Source: Euglena gracilis (Eukaryota). Taken from it: DNA of 48,921 nt. The stretch covers positions 29,769,411-29,818,331 of the forward strand of contig CP154954.1 in assembly GCA_039621445.1 (NCBI GenBank), in the 5' to 3' direction. This document shows, piece by piece, positions 11,726 to 25,814 of the stretch; the first letter of the stretch is position 1, and every line of letters begins with the position of its first letter. A model generated the notes under the pieces. That model ran no database searches. It saw only the letters and a program-made list of their open reading frames with translations, and was not told the DNA's origin. The translations under genes and the position numbers were made by a program.

Positions 11726-13124
11726 ATGCAGGTTCTCACACCCATGACGTTGTACTCCAACGGGCGCAGCATCACTGTGTACGCCCCCTCCACCCTCTCC
11801 CCCACCCCTCCGGCAGGTGGAGGCTTCCCACCCAGTGGTCCACCGCTTCCGCCGTCTATTGGGATTCCAAATGCCCCTGCAGCCGCCGCGGAAGGTTGGA
11901 ATCCAGGTGCCGGCCCTTTGGGCTCTCCTGGCACTTTTCATTTGAGTCCGCTTGGCATTTGTCTCAGCTTCAGGTTCCCGATGATGTCATGCATTACCTT
12001 ATCTAGTAATCCATCCATGCATTTCTTTTTGTGTTTTGAAAAAATGGATTATTTCGCAGGTTTGCACGGGTATGGGATCTCACCAGTTTTTTTTTAAAAA
12101 AACTCCGAACGGTTTTTTCTTCTTCAAAAAATGGGTCAAAATGCTTTTGTTTTGAATCACAGCCTTTTAATCTTCAAAAATCCCTCCTCATTGAGTCAGA
12201 TTTGCTATGCCGATGCCCCCAGGTGGACAAATAGCTGGCCAGCCTGCTCAGTTTACCTTAACTCCCCCATACATGGATTGTCATCACCAAATTCTCTAAC
12301 ATACTTTCATTCCCTCCATTCCCTGATTCTCGTGGTGATTGCCAATACGGGCAGTCGGTTTGAGCTTTTGATGCCTGGAAGAAGCCGAAATGGGTGAAGT
12401 GCTCTTTGGTCTCCAGCAAAACCATGCTGCGAATTGCAAGGTGTTTTGTTCACCCAGCATACCAATGCTGAATGATACCAAAAAGATAACCAAACACTCA
12501 CCCCACCGGTCCCTCTTGTTCCTTAAAAATTCGTTTGAAGCCTTCTGAAATCAGGATACCTTAAAAACTTCAGCCCGAAAATGTTTTAATTATTGTGAAT
12601 CTGCAAGCCAAGGTTGAATTGTAAATGGGACGAATTGAACCCAGCAGCGAAGGAGTATCATTGCCTGCTTTTCTTTTCATTGTCCTCGGGGTTTGTAGGG
12701 TTCATATGGGGCTCATACCAACCCCGCCTTGGCGTATTGGATGTGGGGGGCAGTTGACCCAAGAGCCCTGTTCCTTGCGTGGGGGATCCCGAGGGTGGGT
12801 CAAAAATGCTTTAACTGACCCACCCAGTGGATGACGTTCATGAGTGGAAGCCAGTTTTTTGTTTCTAGTGTTTATCAGGCCTGTGTTGTGGTTTTTTGAT
12901 CTTTCAATACTCACACTCCAGAACTTTTGGACCACATCTTCACGGTTGCAAGCCAGTCCTTGACCCCATTACCTCCGGCAGTGGGCTTGTCAGGACCGCT
13001 CCACCTTGCACCCCCCAGCCTGCTGCCCGCCAGCCCGCCTCTCTTTGGGCCCGGCCCCGTGGCCCCCACTGTGGTCCCTCCCATCCCTGCAACGCCTGGG
13101 CCGATGGGAACCCTGTTCAGCGGG
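11726..13124 (+). pseudogene. Orphan duplicate of the Pro-rich 5' exons of the RRM gene (11726-11973 and 12922-13124), lacking RRM exons in its own repeat unit
   Basis: Translations identical to copy-2 exons (MQVLTPMTLY...; TVASQSL...GTLFSG). The repeat unit ends at 14722 inside the intron that precedes the first RRM exon. Confidence 0.55.
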
Positions 13125-13632
13125 GTCCCCCCCCCCCCCCCGCCCCCCCCCACCGTTCCCCCGTGGGCGGTCATTTACCCATTTCCCCATTCCGGAAAAA
13201 TTGACTCCAAAACAACGTTTTCTGCTCTTTTCTTTTTGTATCAGTTCATTTGGGCTTTCTCCGCGACTGTGAAACGCTTCCCTCCGATGAAGTCATTATC
13301 CGTGTGCGTTTGATGGTCAATCAATGCCCAGCCCCAATCTTTTCTCCATCCCAGCTCCGACAGTGCCTGTCCTTCCAACCACAGAGTGACTCATATTTCC
13401 AAGCAAGTTAACTTCCAGGCGCTCCCCACCGCCCCCTTTGGTTGGGAGCCCTTCAGGAAGAGCATGTTGCTCCTGGGAGGGACGACGAGTCTCTTGACTA
13501 CATGTTTGCCCCAGCAGGCTTTATCCCAAGCTGTGGTTGCAACAGCATTTTTTTTTTAAAAAACAAAAGTTGTTCCCGGTGTTCAGAGTTGCCTGGCTGA
13601 CAGAAATTAAATTATTAATATTATTAACATTG

Positions 13633-14333
13633 CAGGGGGGGAAATGCGTTGCGCATTTTTCCGCATTTTTGCGCATTTTTTTTTGCGCATTTTTGCCAAT
13701 TTTTCAAAAAATGCGCATTTTTGCGCATTTTTTTGCGCATTTTTTTGCACATTTCCCCCCGTTTTTTTGCACATTTTCCATTTTTTGCGCATTTTTTGCG
13801 CATTTTTTTGCCCAATTTTGCATATTTTGCCATTTTTGCACATTTTCCACCCAAATCATATTGCTCACCGAATTTTGCCCACGTTCAACTGACCCATTTC
13901 TGTAACCAACGAACCCATTGTCGCACTTTTTTTTCCACCCAAGGGACCCGCCTCAAGAGAAAACCCATGGGTGATGAGGTGTGAGTACTCATCCAATGAC
14001 AATGAGGACACTAGGGGTTTCAGAGACCCCACATTGACACGTAACCAAGGCGGGACTCCCACTCCCCTGGTCACAAGTAAGGGGCAACCATGGCTGACAT
14101 TGTTGGTTATGGTGAACGGAGAGTGACGCCTTGGTCATGCATTTTTTTTGGCCAAAATGCCTTCATTTCAGCTCTGTTTGGTGATTTTGGTTTAATTTTG
14201 GGTTTACTGTTGGAAATTTTTCTAAGTCCTTTTTCCTTAGGAATGTCACAAACTCAGCGCATTTTTTGCGCATTTCTTTGTGCATTTTTGCGCATTTTTT
14301 TCCGAGGGCCGTCCAGCGCATCCCCCCCACATG
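13633..14333. mobile_element. CAGGGGGGG...CCCCCTG MITE with 7-bp TSD aacattg (copy 1; right terminus mutated)
   Basis: aacattg at 13626-13632 and 14334-14340; subterminal (TTTTTGCGCA)n arrays. Confidence 0.85.
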
Positions 14334-17300
14334 AACATTGTTAATTTAGCCATTATTGATGGTGGAAAGAAATTAAACCGCCTCATGGGTGGTCCACAGT
14401 GAAAAAAAAAGAGACTTCCGACTTGGTGTTTGAGAAGGACCATTCACAACTGATTGTTAGAAAATACATGGTACGCTTCCTTCAATAATAATCGGAAAAA
14501 CTTTCAGAAACGGGTCCCAAATGGCATTAATGTGGTAAAGAGCGGTGGCGCAATGCGGAGCTATCCCGAGGATCCTTAAGTTCTGTTGAATTATTAAAAT
14601 AATAAATAAATAATGAACGGAGGGAGTTTATCAAGGTGGGTTCAGTTGTATTCTGGCAGAAAATATTTCTATGTTGTTGTTCCTGTTGCTGTATTACCTA
14701 CCTCCGATAATTTGCTTCTGGAGCTCCACCCTCCCAGAGGGCTGGTTGCACTCCTGGGCTGGAACCTTTCCGTGACACTCGGTTCAGGGCCGGGCTATTC
14801 AAGGCCCGAAGGCACCCAGAGTAGTCAGGTCGGGCTAGTCAAGGCCCCATGGGCACCCGAACGCGTGGTGTGAGGTTTGCTCGGCCCCCAGGGCGCCCCA
14901 CACCACACGACGCTCCTGACTGCTGCTCCTGCCGACCCCTCACCGTGGTGGTGTGGAGATGGGCTCGTCGAGGCCGAGGATTACCATGCCCCCCCCTTTG
15001 CTGTCCCCCCCCCCCTGCTGTTCCCATTGGGGTGACGGGAACAGTACAGTGTCATAGCACTTTTTGTAAAGGATTCTTGGAACACAAGGTTAAAAAGGGA
15101 TTTTTTTGGTCGGTTTTAGGTGCTTTCCATCCCACCAAATCCAACCTAATGCCAAAATGGATGTTGTGAAACCAAAAAAGCTTCATTTTGGCATTTTAGG
15201 TCGCCTTTTGGGTCTAACTTGGTTGGTTGGTTCATGGCCCATGGGAACAGTAAGAGGGGGGGGAGCTTTTCCCCCCCCCCCCTTACTGTCCCCCCCCCCC
15301 TTACTGTTCCCATGGACCCAAAAGGCGTCCACGTGACGGGAACAGTAAGGGGGGGGACATGGTACACCCGCGCGGTGCTGGCATCCATCCTCCTCCTGCC
15401 ATGTCACCCTCGGGATTCGGGGCTCACCACTTTTCATGGATCGCCTTTGTCCCGAGGCCATGCTCGCCCCAAGGCGCTCCGACTGCTTCCACAGGGGCTT
15501 ACATGGGCCTGACTGTACATTGAGCCACCATGCGCAGGTGCCTCCACGGCGACCGCCCTGTGTTTAGGTGACCGGCCGGTGACCCGGTCGATAGCGATCC
15601 CCGACACCGGTGCGCCACACTCCGGTTCTACCCAAAAGGGGCCAGAGCCCCGCTGGGCCACCCAGGTTTCCCCGGGGAGGAACCGACGGTCTGATCCACA
15701 GCCCCCGCCCCCCGATCTGCCCTCGGGGGGGGGGTTGTGGGCCGACCCTAGGGTCGGCCCACGGTCGCCAAAGGGGGGTGGGTACCCCCCTCCCCCCCCC
15801 TCTCCGAGGGGCTCGTCACGCCATTTACCCCCCCTCCCCCCCCTAGCCGCTAGCCGGACCCCCTCGCCACACCACCCAACACATTTTTCATTGTGCAACC
15901 ATGGTGCACCCCCCCCCCCACATCCGAGACCCCCTCGCCACACCATTTTCCGGCCATTTTCCCTCCTCCCCCCCCCACCCCCCCCCCCCTATTCGGACCC
16001 CCTCGCCACGGCGTACGAATCTCCCAAAGTTCGCCAAAGGTCGCTATGGTCGACCCCCCCCAGGCTGTGGAGTGGGTGGCGACCCTAGAAATCCTTGTGG
16101 GCCGACCCTAGGGTCGACTTAGGGTCGGCCCACCCCACGACCTCCCCCCCCTGCCACCGCAGGGTCATTCGACTTAGGGTCGGCCCACCCAAGGTTGACG
16201 GCTTGTTTTTTTTGAAACAAAAAAAACATGTTTTTTTAAAAAAATATGTTTTTTTTAAAAAAAACGTCATGGAGGGTTTGGGGGAAAATTTTTTGCAATG
16301 TTTTTTTTTGAATACCTAATTTGACAAAGTATTCAGGTAGATTCCTAATTTTCAGGCAAAAATTTTGCAAAATTTAGACTGGTGATGCCTAATTTGGTGT
16401 CAAAATACTAATTTTCGGTTGGGGGATTCCTAATTTGGAGCCAAAAAGGATTTCCCCCCCAAAATTCGTTTTCGGTGATTCCTAATTTGCCCACCGAAAA
16501 TGTGGTGTTCCCCCGTGACCCCCCGTAACCCCCCCCCCCCGTGACCCGAACCACCCCGAAAAATTTTCCTCAAAAAATGGCGATTTCGCAAGGAAAAAGG
16601 TCAATTTTTGCTTTTCAAAAAAAACATGTTTTTTTTGCGTTTTTTTAAAAAAACATGTTTTTTTGTTTTTTTAAAAAAAACAAAAAAACGTCAACCCTGG
16701 GCCCACCCCACGACCTCCCCCCCCTCCAAAGAAAAAAAAGAAAATTTTGGGAACATTGACTTGGGACGCTAGGAATTTGGCAGGTCTGAATTGCTGCCTG
16801 CCCAACCGTTTTGGATGGCAAACCCCTTTTGTTGCCCAACTGTTCGAGGGCCCCTAAATAACAAAATCCCTTGTGTTACCCACCCGTTTTGGGGGGCAAA
16901 TCCCTTGTGTAACCCAACTGATTTGGGGGGCAAATCCCTTTTGTTGCCCAACTATTCGAGGGCCCCAAAATAACAAAATCCCTTGTGTTAGCCATCCGTT
17001 TTGGGGGGCAAATCCCTTTTGTTGCCCAACTGTTCGAGGGCCCCTAAATAGCAAAATCCCTTGTGTTACCCACCCGTTTTGGGGGGCAAATCCCTTTTTG
17101 TTGCCCAACTGTTCGAGGGCCCTAAATAACAAAATCCCTTGTGTTACCCACCCGTTTTGGGGGGCAAATACCTTGTGTAACCCAACTGATTTGGGGGGCA
17201 AATCCCTTTTGTTGCCCAACTGTTCGAGGGCCCCAAAATAACAAAATCCCTTGTGTTACCCACCCAGGGCCCCGAAAGAACAAATTCCCTTCTATGTTGG

Positions 17301-20300
17301 CAACATACTTGGGGGCTAAGTTGTTTTTGTGGTTCACTTTGGCGACGTTTGGCGACCGTGGGCCGACCCTAGGGTTGGCCCACTCCCCCCCCCCCCCCCC
17401 CAGGCCAGATCCTGGAATGGGGGGGGGGGGAGGTCGTGGGGTGGGCCGACCCTAAGTCGACCCTAGGGTCGGCCCACGACCCTAAGGCGACCCTAGGGTC
17501 GGCCCACTAGGGGGGTTTCCCAGACGGCTCCTTGGGCGACTTTTGACGACCTTTGGCGACCGTGGGCCGCCCCGCGGGTCGCCCCACACCCCCCCCCCCA
17601 GGCCAGATCTACCCCCCCCCCCGCCGGGTGCATACGAACTTTGACCGTTTTCACCGGCCTTGCCTGTTCACCTTGGGTGCAGCCCCAGTGATCTGGTGCC
17701 CAAGGCTAGGCGAGGGCCGTCGCCCCCATACCACCACCAGGCCACGTACCCCCAGGGTGTAGCGAACGCTGCTGCAAGTGCGCCGCACCCCGAAGGCCGC
17801 CCGACCTGATGGCCGACTAGCGAGTCCCACGGCACCAGGTTGATTCCTGTTTGCTATCGGGTGCTGCCGTTCCGAAGGCCTCCCATCTTCCGCGCAGCAC
17901 CCTGAGGACCCTTGCGGGCCCCGCCGCTCGCTGTTTACGCCCTTGGTATTGGGCTGCCCAAGCCTTACTCTACGGCTGGGCTACCTACGGTGAAATCGTG
18001 ATAGATGTTTGAACTTTCATCAGCAGGCATCCTGAGGAAACAGAGATCACAACATGGATAAAGAATGTTTAAGCACCTTGGCAGACACTGTGATTTTTTT
18101 TCCGCGCCAGATAATCTGTACCAACACCACAGACCCTGCCCGGTTGGTAACGGGACAGGCAGTCACTTGCCTCTTGTCACTTTCATCTGTGACATAACGG
18201 AGACAGTTTCATGATATTAAAAAAACTGGCATACTGATGATGTACGTGGCATGAGGTTGCCCTTCAAGGTGCCACGTGCCTTTACAGCCCTGCCAATGCT
18301 CACAGAGGAGGTGGACAGATTAAAAAGCATTCCGCCATTGCATTTTGGTGCATTCCTCTTGGGACTGCCCCCCCCCCCCCCATTGTGTACCTCCCCCCAG
18401 GGGTACATAATGGGGGGGGGTACATAATGGGGGGGGGATGGTACCTTGGTCTGGACCCATTGAAGAGGAGTTCCAACTCGGTGCCGATGAAACACCCCTT
18501 CAGTATGTGCCAGCCCTACCAGTGCTTAATCTTGCTGCCCCTTGCAAAAAGAATTCTTTATTGAGTCATTTTCCTTTAGTTTTGACATAGAGGTGACATG
18601 GAGGGATAGAGGAGCTTTGGACACTTTTGTACTGCTGGATGTAGGTTGTTGCCACCCGACGTTGCACGGCCACAGGTCAGAAGCTCATATTACTTGCCGT
18701 GGCACGTCCGCAGTCCGCAAGCAGGGAACTACGCGCAAGATCCGGCCAATCAACGTCTACGTCTTCGCGAGCAGTTGCGTGCACCGGTCGATCCCCGCGT
18801 TATGCCCTCTGCCGGTACGGGATCGACCAGGACTCACATTGCAGGACCTGGGTCTCGAATAAGCTACTCGAGCGATACTCAGCTTGGTACTACGCGCCAG
18901 CTACCTACCGCTGTAGGCTCGTCCGCGGCACACACTCCCCTCCCAAGAGCCTTACCACAGGAGCCCAGGTACATGGGGGGGGGGTCCTCGACCCCCCATG
19001 TTCACTTCCGAACTGAACTGGACATGTTGACTTCACAGAGGGGGGGGAGAGGGGGTCCGTCGCTGAAGGCGCCGATTTTTTTATTTAAACCGGCGTTTGA
19101 GACGCCGGGTTCAGCACAGAACCGGCGTCCCCCCCACGGGTTTTCCGGACGCCGGTTCTGTCCTAAAACCCGGCGTCCGGTTTTCATTCCTAAAAATGTC
19201 ACCAAAACTGCCCAAAAGTGGCCCTAAGGCCCTGGTATGACTGTTTCAACCATCTAGGACAATGAATTTTGGCATTTGGGGACCACTAAGGTGGATATCC
19301 AAATTTGGTGAAAATTGCCCCAGATTTGGAAATAGAGTACTGTGCAGCGTGGAAAGATCTGATGGGCACTGCTGGTCGTCTGTTGAAAAGAGCTTTCGAT
19401 CGAGGTGGTACCCTAACGTTGCACGCAGCCCGAGATACGCTCGCGATCGTTGGATCGTCCAGAATCTTCGTCGAAATTTGTGGTGATTTTTGATCCAGTT
19501 TCGATCAAGAGGCAGTCTGAACCATACAGAAACGATTTGTGTCTTCAAATTGATGATCTGAGGGATCCAGGGGGTACCAGGATTGTGAAATTAGGATTTC
19601 CCAGCGACAGGAAATAAGAGCTCCAGGCGGCGTGGCTAAATTTGGTGGTCATCACTAGTCGTCTGATGAAAAGAGCTTTCGATCGAGGGGTGAGTTTGTA
19701 CCTGATGACTGACACAGCCAGAGATAGCTCGCGATCGTCGGAAAATGGTGAAATCCAAAGTAGCGTAACATTGCAGATTAGTGGTCGGAGATTGGTCCTG
19801 GGAGTGTCCTTTGACCGAAGGTTGGGGACGCGGTGTCAAAGGGGGGTAGGACGCCTGTTCAGGACCGGGTTCGGGACGCGTCACGTCCGGGACGCCGGGT
19901 TCAGGACAGAACCGGTGTCCGACCCCTCTTTTCTGATATAGAAAAAAAGAGCCCTTTTCGGTGTTCGCCCGTCGTTCCGGTTTTCGGTTTTTTCCTGAAG
20001 TGAACAGGTACATCCAGGTACACGGGGGGGGGTCTCGGGAACCCCTGTTCAATTGCGAAGTGACCTGAACAGGGGGGGGGGGGGGGGGGGGGGGGTTCCC
20101 GGGGTCCCGAAGTGGACTACCTAGCCTCCACACCAGCCCGCTGCGTCACCGAGGCCGTGGGCCCTGCTCGGGGTGTGCCTCGCACGGCCGTAGTTTGCTA
20201 GTGCCTCTCACGAGGACCCTCACCCCCGCCTATTTGGCTAATGGCCGGGCTCCTTCAGACCCCCAATCAGCCAATTAGGGGGGGGGGACAATTAGGGGGG

Positions 20301-23300
20301 GGGGGGGCTCGAGGACCCCTACCCCCAATTTTTTTTCCCCTGTGCAAAATTTATCGATTTTTTGAGCATAGTTGGATTGGTCATGACTTTTTCTTATCCG
20401 GCGAATTTTAAAATTTTGGAAACGGACATTTTTGGAGGTTTTCTGAGCCCTTTTTGCGGCCTTGCCAAAATTGGCCGGTCTTGTCCCGGAGGCCAGTTAG
20501 CCAATTAGGGGGGGGGGAAATAGGGGGGGGGGGGAGGCCTGTGGCATCATTGAAAATCCTGACGGAATCTGTGGCAGAAATCAATTTGAGGCTGAAACTT
20601 TCTCGCCTTCAGATTTTTAGAAACAACAGAAGCTGATGCTGACTCAGAGAGGAGGTCAATTACATGCATAAGGCCCATCACAGTGGCAGGGCCAGAAAAT
20701 TTACAGCTGGTTCCACTGCACAGCATTGATGATGAACCAGACCCCTCAGTTTACAAAAGTGAAACAGAGGGAGAAAAAAATGCTGAAAACGCAATAATTA
20801 AGGAAATAGTCATGCGAAGAATGAAAGCTGCTAGCATATGGCCAGTAAATTTTTCAGGGTTTCAGCAAATTTATGTGTCGTCAGACAGCAGCCCAGGGCC
20901 AGAACAAAAAGTTTTGCGTTAACAGCCCAGCCAGAACCATTGTTGTTAACGCAGGGTTCTTACACCTAACGCTCACAGTTTTTGGGATGTTTTGCCATAA
21001 TTTTTGGCATTTTTGCCAAAATTTTTGGAACCTTTTGCAAAATATTTGTGTACGTTTTGCCATAATTTTGGACAGTTTTGCCAAATTTTTGGAATTTTTT
21101 GCAAATGAAAAGAGTACTCTTTTCAGAGATTTGGGACTCCGCCTTCTGAAAGTTTTGTGGCTTTTTTTCAAAGTTTTTGGGTCTTGCCATTTTTTTTTTA
21201 TTCTTTGTCCATAGTGTGTGTTTTTGGAATGCCTGTCCCATCCAAACCCCGGCATGGCTGGCAGCTCGTTCAAAACGAAGCCAAAAAATGTTTTTTTTCA
21301 AAAAAAATCCAAAAAGCATTTTTTTCTCCAAACAAAAAACTCCAGCTTTGCCAGATTGGATGCTGCACATGCAGCCCGTCGACCAAGAAGGTGTTGTCGC
21401 CATCTGACCGAGGATGAACTGGAGGACGTCTTCTGTGGCAAAAAATGCGTCTTAGACGCATACTCCGTCCTGAGTCCTGTGTTTTAAACACAGGACTCAG
21501 GACGGAGGGTTTGCTGGCAGGGCTGGCCAGTCGAAAAAAAATTTGTACCCATTTACCTAAAGTGCCCATTTTGGCACAAAATCAGCCAGAAAACATATTT
21601 CCCTCCCTCCCTCACCCCCCAATTGGCCAATTGGTCTCCAGGACAAGACGGACCAAATTCGGTAAGGTTGCAAAAGGGCTTGGAAAGCCTCCAATAAAGT
21701 CCGTTTTGATATTTTTGATATTTTCCGAATAAGAAACGTTGTGGCAAATCCCACGAATCCCACTGTGCACAAAAAATTGACCAATTTTGCACAGTTAAAA
21801 AATTAGGGGGATCCTTGAGCCCCCCTAATTGTCCCCCCCCCCCCAATATCTCACCCCCCCTCCACCCTTCAGGCGGAAAAAAAAGGCCAGTTCAGGGAAG
21901 TGGACATTTTGGGGGGGGGTCAAATTTGCTTTTGGCACCTTTGGCGTCGAAGGCAAATGGCTACTTTCTTTGAGGGGGGCAAAATTGGCAAAACGCTTTG
22001 GTCACTTTCGGGGCAGGGGGGACACTGGGGGGGGGTGAGGCATTTTTACTACTGGGTATGATCTGATTTACATCAGCTGTGTTGCTCTGAAGAGCCGTGG
22101 GGTTGCTGGTTTGTTTAGAGAGTTGTTTGTTGGATTTGGAGAGCTTTTGCAAAAAGTCCCAAAAATTTTGACCGCCGAGTCCCAAAGTCTCTGCAACGGA
22201 ATCCCAAAAATGTGGCAACGGTCCCAGGCGTTTTGGCAAAAGAGCCCAAAATTATGGCAAAAGTGGTCAACAATTTTGGCGGGACGTCCCAAAATTGTGA
22301 GTGTTAGGTGTAATCGCGGTCAACACAGCCAGCTGCCCAACTGCAGGTTTTTCAGCCAGCCCAGCCGTTTTCGGCTGAGATAGCTGTCCCAGCCCAGATG
22401 CCTGGGCGTTTTTTTTCACCCAGCCCAGCAGTTTTTGGCTGAGTCATCTGTCCCACCAATCATGGGGCCAGCCCAGATGACTTTACAGGGTTTTCAGCCA
22501 GCCCAGCAGTTTTCGGCCAAGACATCTGTCCCAGCAACCATGGGGCTGTTGGGGGTGTGGGCCTCACAACCCCCACAACCCCCTGGTGGCTGGCCCCTGG
22601 CGCCTGCAGGCCCTGCCACTGGCTGGGAGCCATCAATTCACCCAGGGGGCCTGGCACCCACCTGGGACTTTCCTTGGCACTTTTCATGGTAATCCCACTT
22701 CCCAATTCCCAGCGCTGGCACAAATCAAGACACTTTCCAGAACTGAACCACCAAAGTCAAACTGAACATGCTGCGTGCCACTACAAGCAAAAACACAGAC
22801 ATAATTTTACGTAAATCCTAATTCTTCTGCTGGAATCCTAATTTTCTTCTCAGCGCCCACACTTCCCTCCTTAAAAAGCTTCCCAAGGCAGCCAAACCCG
22901 CCTTCGGCAAAAGGGCGCTGGGTATTTTTTTGGCAAACACAATCTCGACTCCGTCTTTCTGTCTGTCCGTTTTTTTTTCTTCGTTGGGGGCGGGGCGGGG
23001 TTCGAAGGCTGACCCTTAGGGGGGTCGGTCTCCTACAGCAGCACGGGGGAGCAGCAGGCACCCGCACCACCTTGGGCCGTTCTGGCAGGGGTTCCCCCCC
23101 GGAACAGTCCAAAGATACCCCTTGGGCGTCATCTCTGGAATTTTTTTCCTCCCGTTTTTTTTCCCGTCTCTCTTTTTTGCCCGTCCAGAGATGGGGGTCC
23201 AGGGGCTGGTGAGGGTCCTGGGAAGGGGGCTCGCAGGTGCAGGGGGTTACGAGTGGGAGGGTTTCGGCCACAGGCCCGGGAGGAGGACCCAGCCCACACC

Positions 23301-25524
23301 GCCCCGGCGGGCTTCGGCCACAGCGCCTGAGGGCTTCGAGTCGTCGACTGCCGGCCACGGCTTGGGAGGGCTTCAGCCACAGCACACGGGAGGGGACCCA
23401 GCTCCACCGTCCCGGGAGGGCTTCGGCCACAACCCATGAGGGCTTCGAATGGGCGGCTTCCAGCCACAGCTGGTGAGGGCTTCGGCCCAGGCTTGCAAGG
23501 GGGTACATCAGGGCTGCATAGAGGTAGAGGTAGAGTTCAAAGGTCTCCACCTCTATGTCAACCACCTCTACCTCTACCTCCACCTCTATGTCACCTCTAT
23601 GTCTATAAAATGTACCAAAAGTGCCACAAAAAGAGTCATAAAACACCCCATATGCTCGGAAAATGGCAATTTTGCATGAAAACCCATGCAAAACGGCGAG
23701 GGGATGACAGGACAAGAGCACTTTTTTTGGCCAAAAATGGTCAAAATTAACCGAAAATGGCATTTTTGGATTAGTTTTCAGAAATTTTGATGGAAATACA
23801 TGAGCCATCAACCTCAAAATGACTATTTTGAGAGGAGAAACAGCAAAATTTCTTCCATCAAAATTTCACCCCTAACCGCTTTGATGATGATGATCAAAGT
23901 GGTGAAGTTCACTGGTGAACTTCACCGGTGAAAAATAGCCAAGGGTGCCCCCCCCTCCCCCCTCCGGTGAATATTCGGTGAACTTCACTGGGGGTCCGAG
24001 ACCCCCAAGAGCATAATCACCCACCAACCCACCCCCTGGGGGGGACAGGGGTGGGGGCAGCTCGGGGGGACCCTCTTTTGGGGGGTCAATTTTGGGGTCA
24101 AAAAATTGAATTGAATTGAATTGAATTGAATTGAATTAAATTAAATTAAATTAAATAAAAAAAAAACCTGCCTCTGGCGGGGTAAAGGAATTTCTTAAGG
24201 ACCCCCTGCGGGGGGGGGGGGGTCCAGCCTCCGGCTGGAGAAAAGGCTGGTGGCTGGAAACGAACTGCTGCTGGACCCCCCCCCCCGGGTCAGACTTGGG
24301 GCACCAAATGAAGGTCAGCATGAGGTTCTACCAGGCATTTGCTTAAGGGATTGCAGTACCCCCCCCGGGGGGGGGGCTGGACTGCAGCTAGTCCAAATTT
24401 GGCTAGTGGGTTTTCTAGCAGACCCCCCCCCCCGGGGGGGGGTTCTGCTAGCAGGGCTAGCTAGTGGGAAAACTGTTTCCAGTGACCGGCGCGAAGCGCC
24501 GAAAATTTTTTTTGGGACCCCCAAAAATGGCCAAAAATGCCCGTTTTTGGCCATTTTTGGAAATTTTTGGAACAAAATCAGCCAAAAACCTATTAAAAAC
24601 CTCATTTTTCCTCCGGCGCGCAGCGCCGGAGGAAAATTTTTTTTCCAGTCCGGGGGACCCCCGGACCCCCCCCCCCCCCCCGGGGGGGGGGGGGGGGGGG
24701 GGGTTTACCAACCCCAATTTTTCCAGTTTCTAGCCTATTGTCTAGCCAGTACCCCCCCCCCCCGGGGGGCCTTAAGCAAAAGCCTGGGTTCTACACATGG
24801 CCACACACTGCTGCACACATGCCGACGTTGCTACCACCACCACCGGCAGCAGCAATGATGCTATGGAGTGAATATATTTCTCATCAACATTATTCATTTC
24901 ATTCCCGAGGAAATAAATAAAGCTCTGCCTGCCACTTCTTCACTTTAAAACAAACCGTGGAGGGTGAATGCCTGGAAACAATCTGCAAGACGGTTGGGAT
25001 GCCACAGGACATTGGCTTGACGGTGTGTACATAGGTATATACAGGCGATGGTGTCGCGGCCGGCATGCCGGCAGCCCGTTTAGACAGTGGGGGGAGGCAA
25101 GCCATAGCCACGTCCACTGTTGAGCTTGTAGGCATCGGGATGAAAAAGTCAACCATATGCCACCAAATAAGGCTTTAGAAGTGTCACACCCGGTGAAATT
25201 TCAAACGGTGAATTTCACCATAGGGGGGAGGGGAGGGTCCAAAATGACCAAAGTCTACTGCCTGATCTCCCTTGGTCTCTATGTTGAGAAGACCTTCTCC
25301 AGCCTTGGGCGGTGATGGCAAGGGACTGGACAGAAAAAGTTTAAAAATTAATCATGAAATTTCAAGTTTTGCGTATTGTTTCAGAGCATGCCTTTCAACA
25401 ATGTTTTGGGGACAAACCAATCAGAGGTTTTGGACCCGGGGGGAGGGGGTGGTCCGAAGGCTTACCCCCCTACCCCCTCAAAAGCAATGGTTTCAAATTA
25501 GGCAGGCCTTCCTGTACACCACTG

Positions 25525-25556
25525 CCTTTTCTTTTTCTCCCGCGTCCTCTTTTCAG
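25525..25556 (+). promoter_or_regulatory. Polypyrimidine tract plus AG acceptor 10 nt before the ATG; possible spliced-leader trans-splice or cis acceptor (copy 1 ends at 11715)
   Basis: gccttttctttttctcccgcgtcctcttttcag|gttcacaaccATG. Trans-splicing is inferred from the euglenid assignment only. Confidence 0.4.
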
Positions 25557-25566
25557 GTTCACAACC

Positions 25567-25814
25567 ATGCAGGTTCTCACACCCATGACGTTGTACTCCA
25601 ACGGGCGCAGCATCACTGTGTACGCCCCCTCCACCCTCTCCCCCACCCCTCCGGCAGGTGGAGGCTTCCCACCCAGTGGTCCACCGCTTCCGCCGTCTAT
25701 TGGGATTCCAAATGCCCCTGCAGCCGCCGCGGAAGGTTGGAATCCAGGTGCCGGCCCTTTGGGCTCTCCTGGCACTTTTCATTTGAGTCCGCTTGGCATT
25801 TGTCTCAGCTTCAG
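25567..25814 (+). CDS. Candidate first coding exon (MQVLTPMTLYSNGRSITVYAPSTLSPTPPAGG...)
   Basis: Strong upstream acceptor, ATG, Pro-rich open frame identical in both duplicate copies. 3' boundary (ag|gttccc) tentative. Confidence 0.5.

Larger units (their letters stand above)
945..14722 (+). repeat. Tandem segmental duplication, copy 1 (~13.8 kb)
   Basis: Sequence starting ggagctccaccctccc at 945 recurs at 14720 and runs colinearly; ORF pairs are repeated (e.g. 5416/19246, 8600/22435, 11056/24899). Confidence 0.97.
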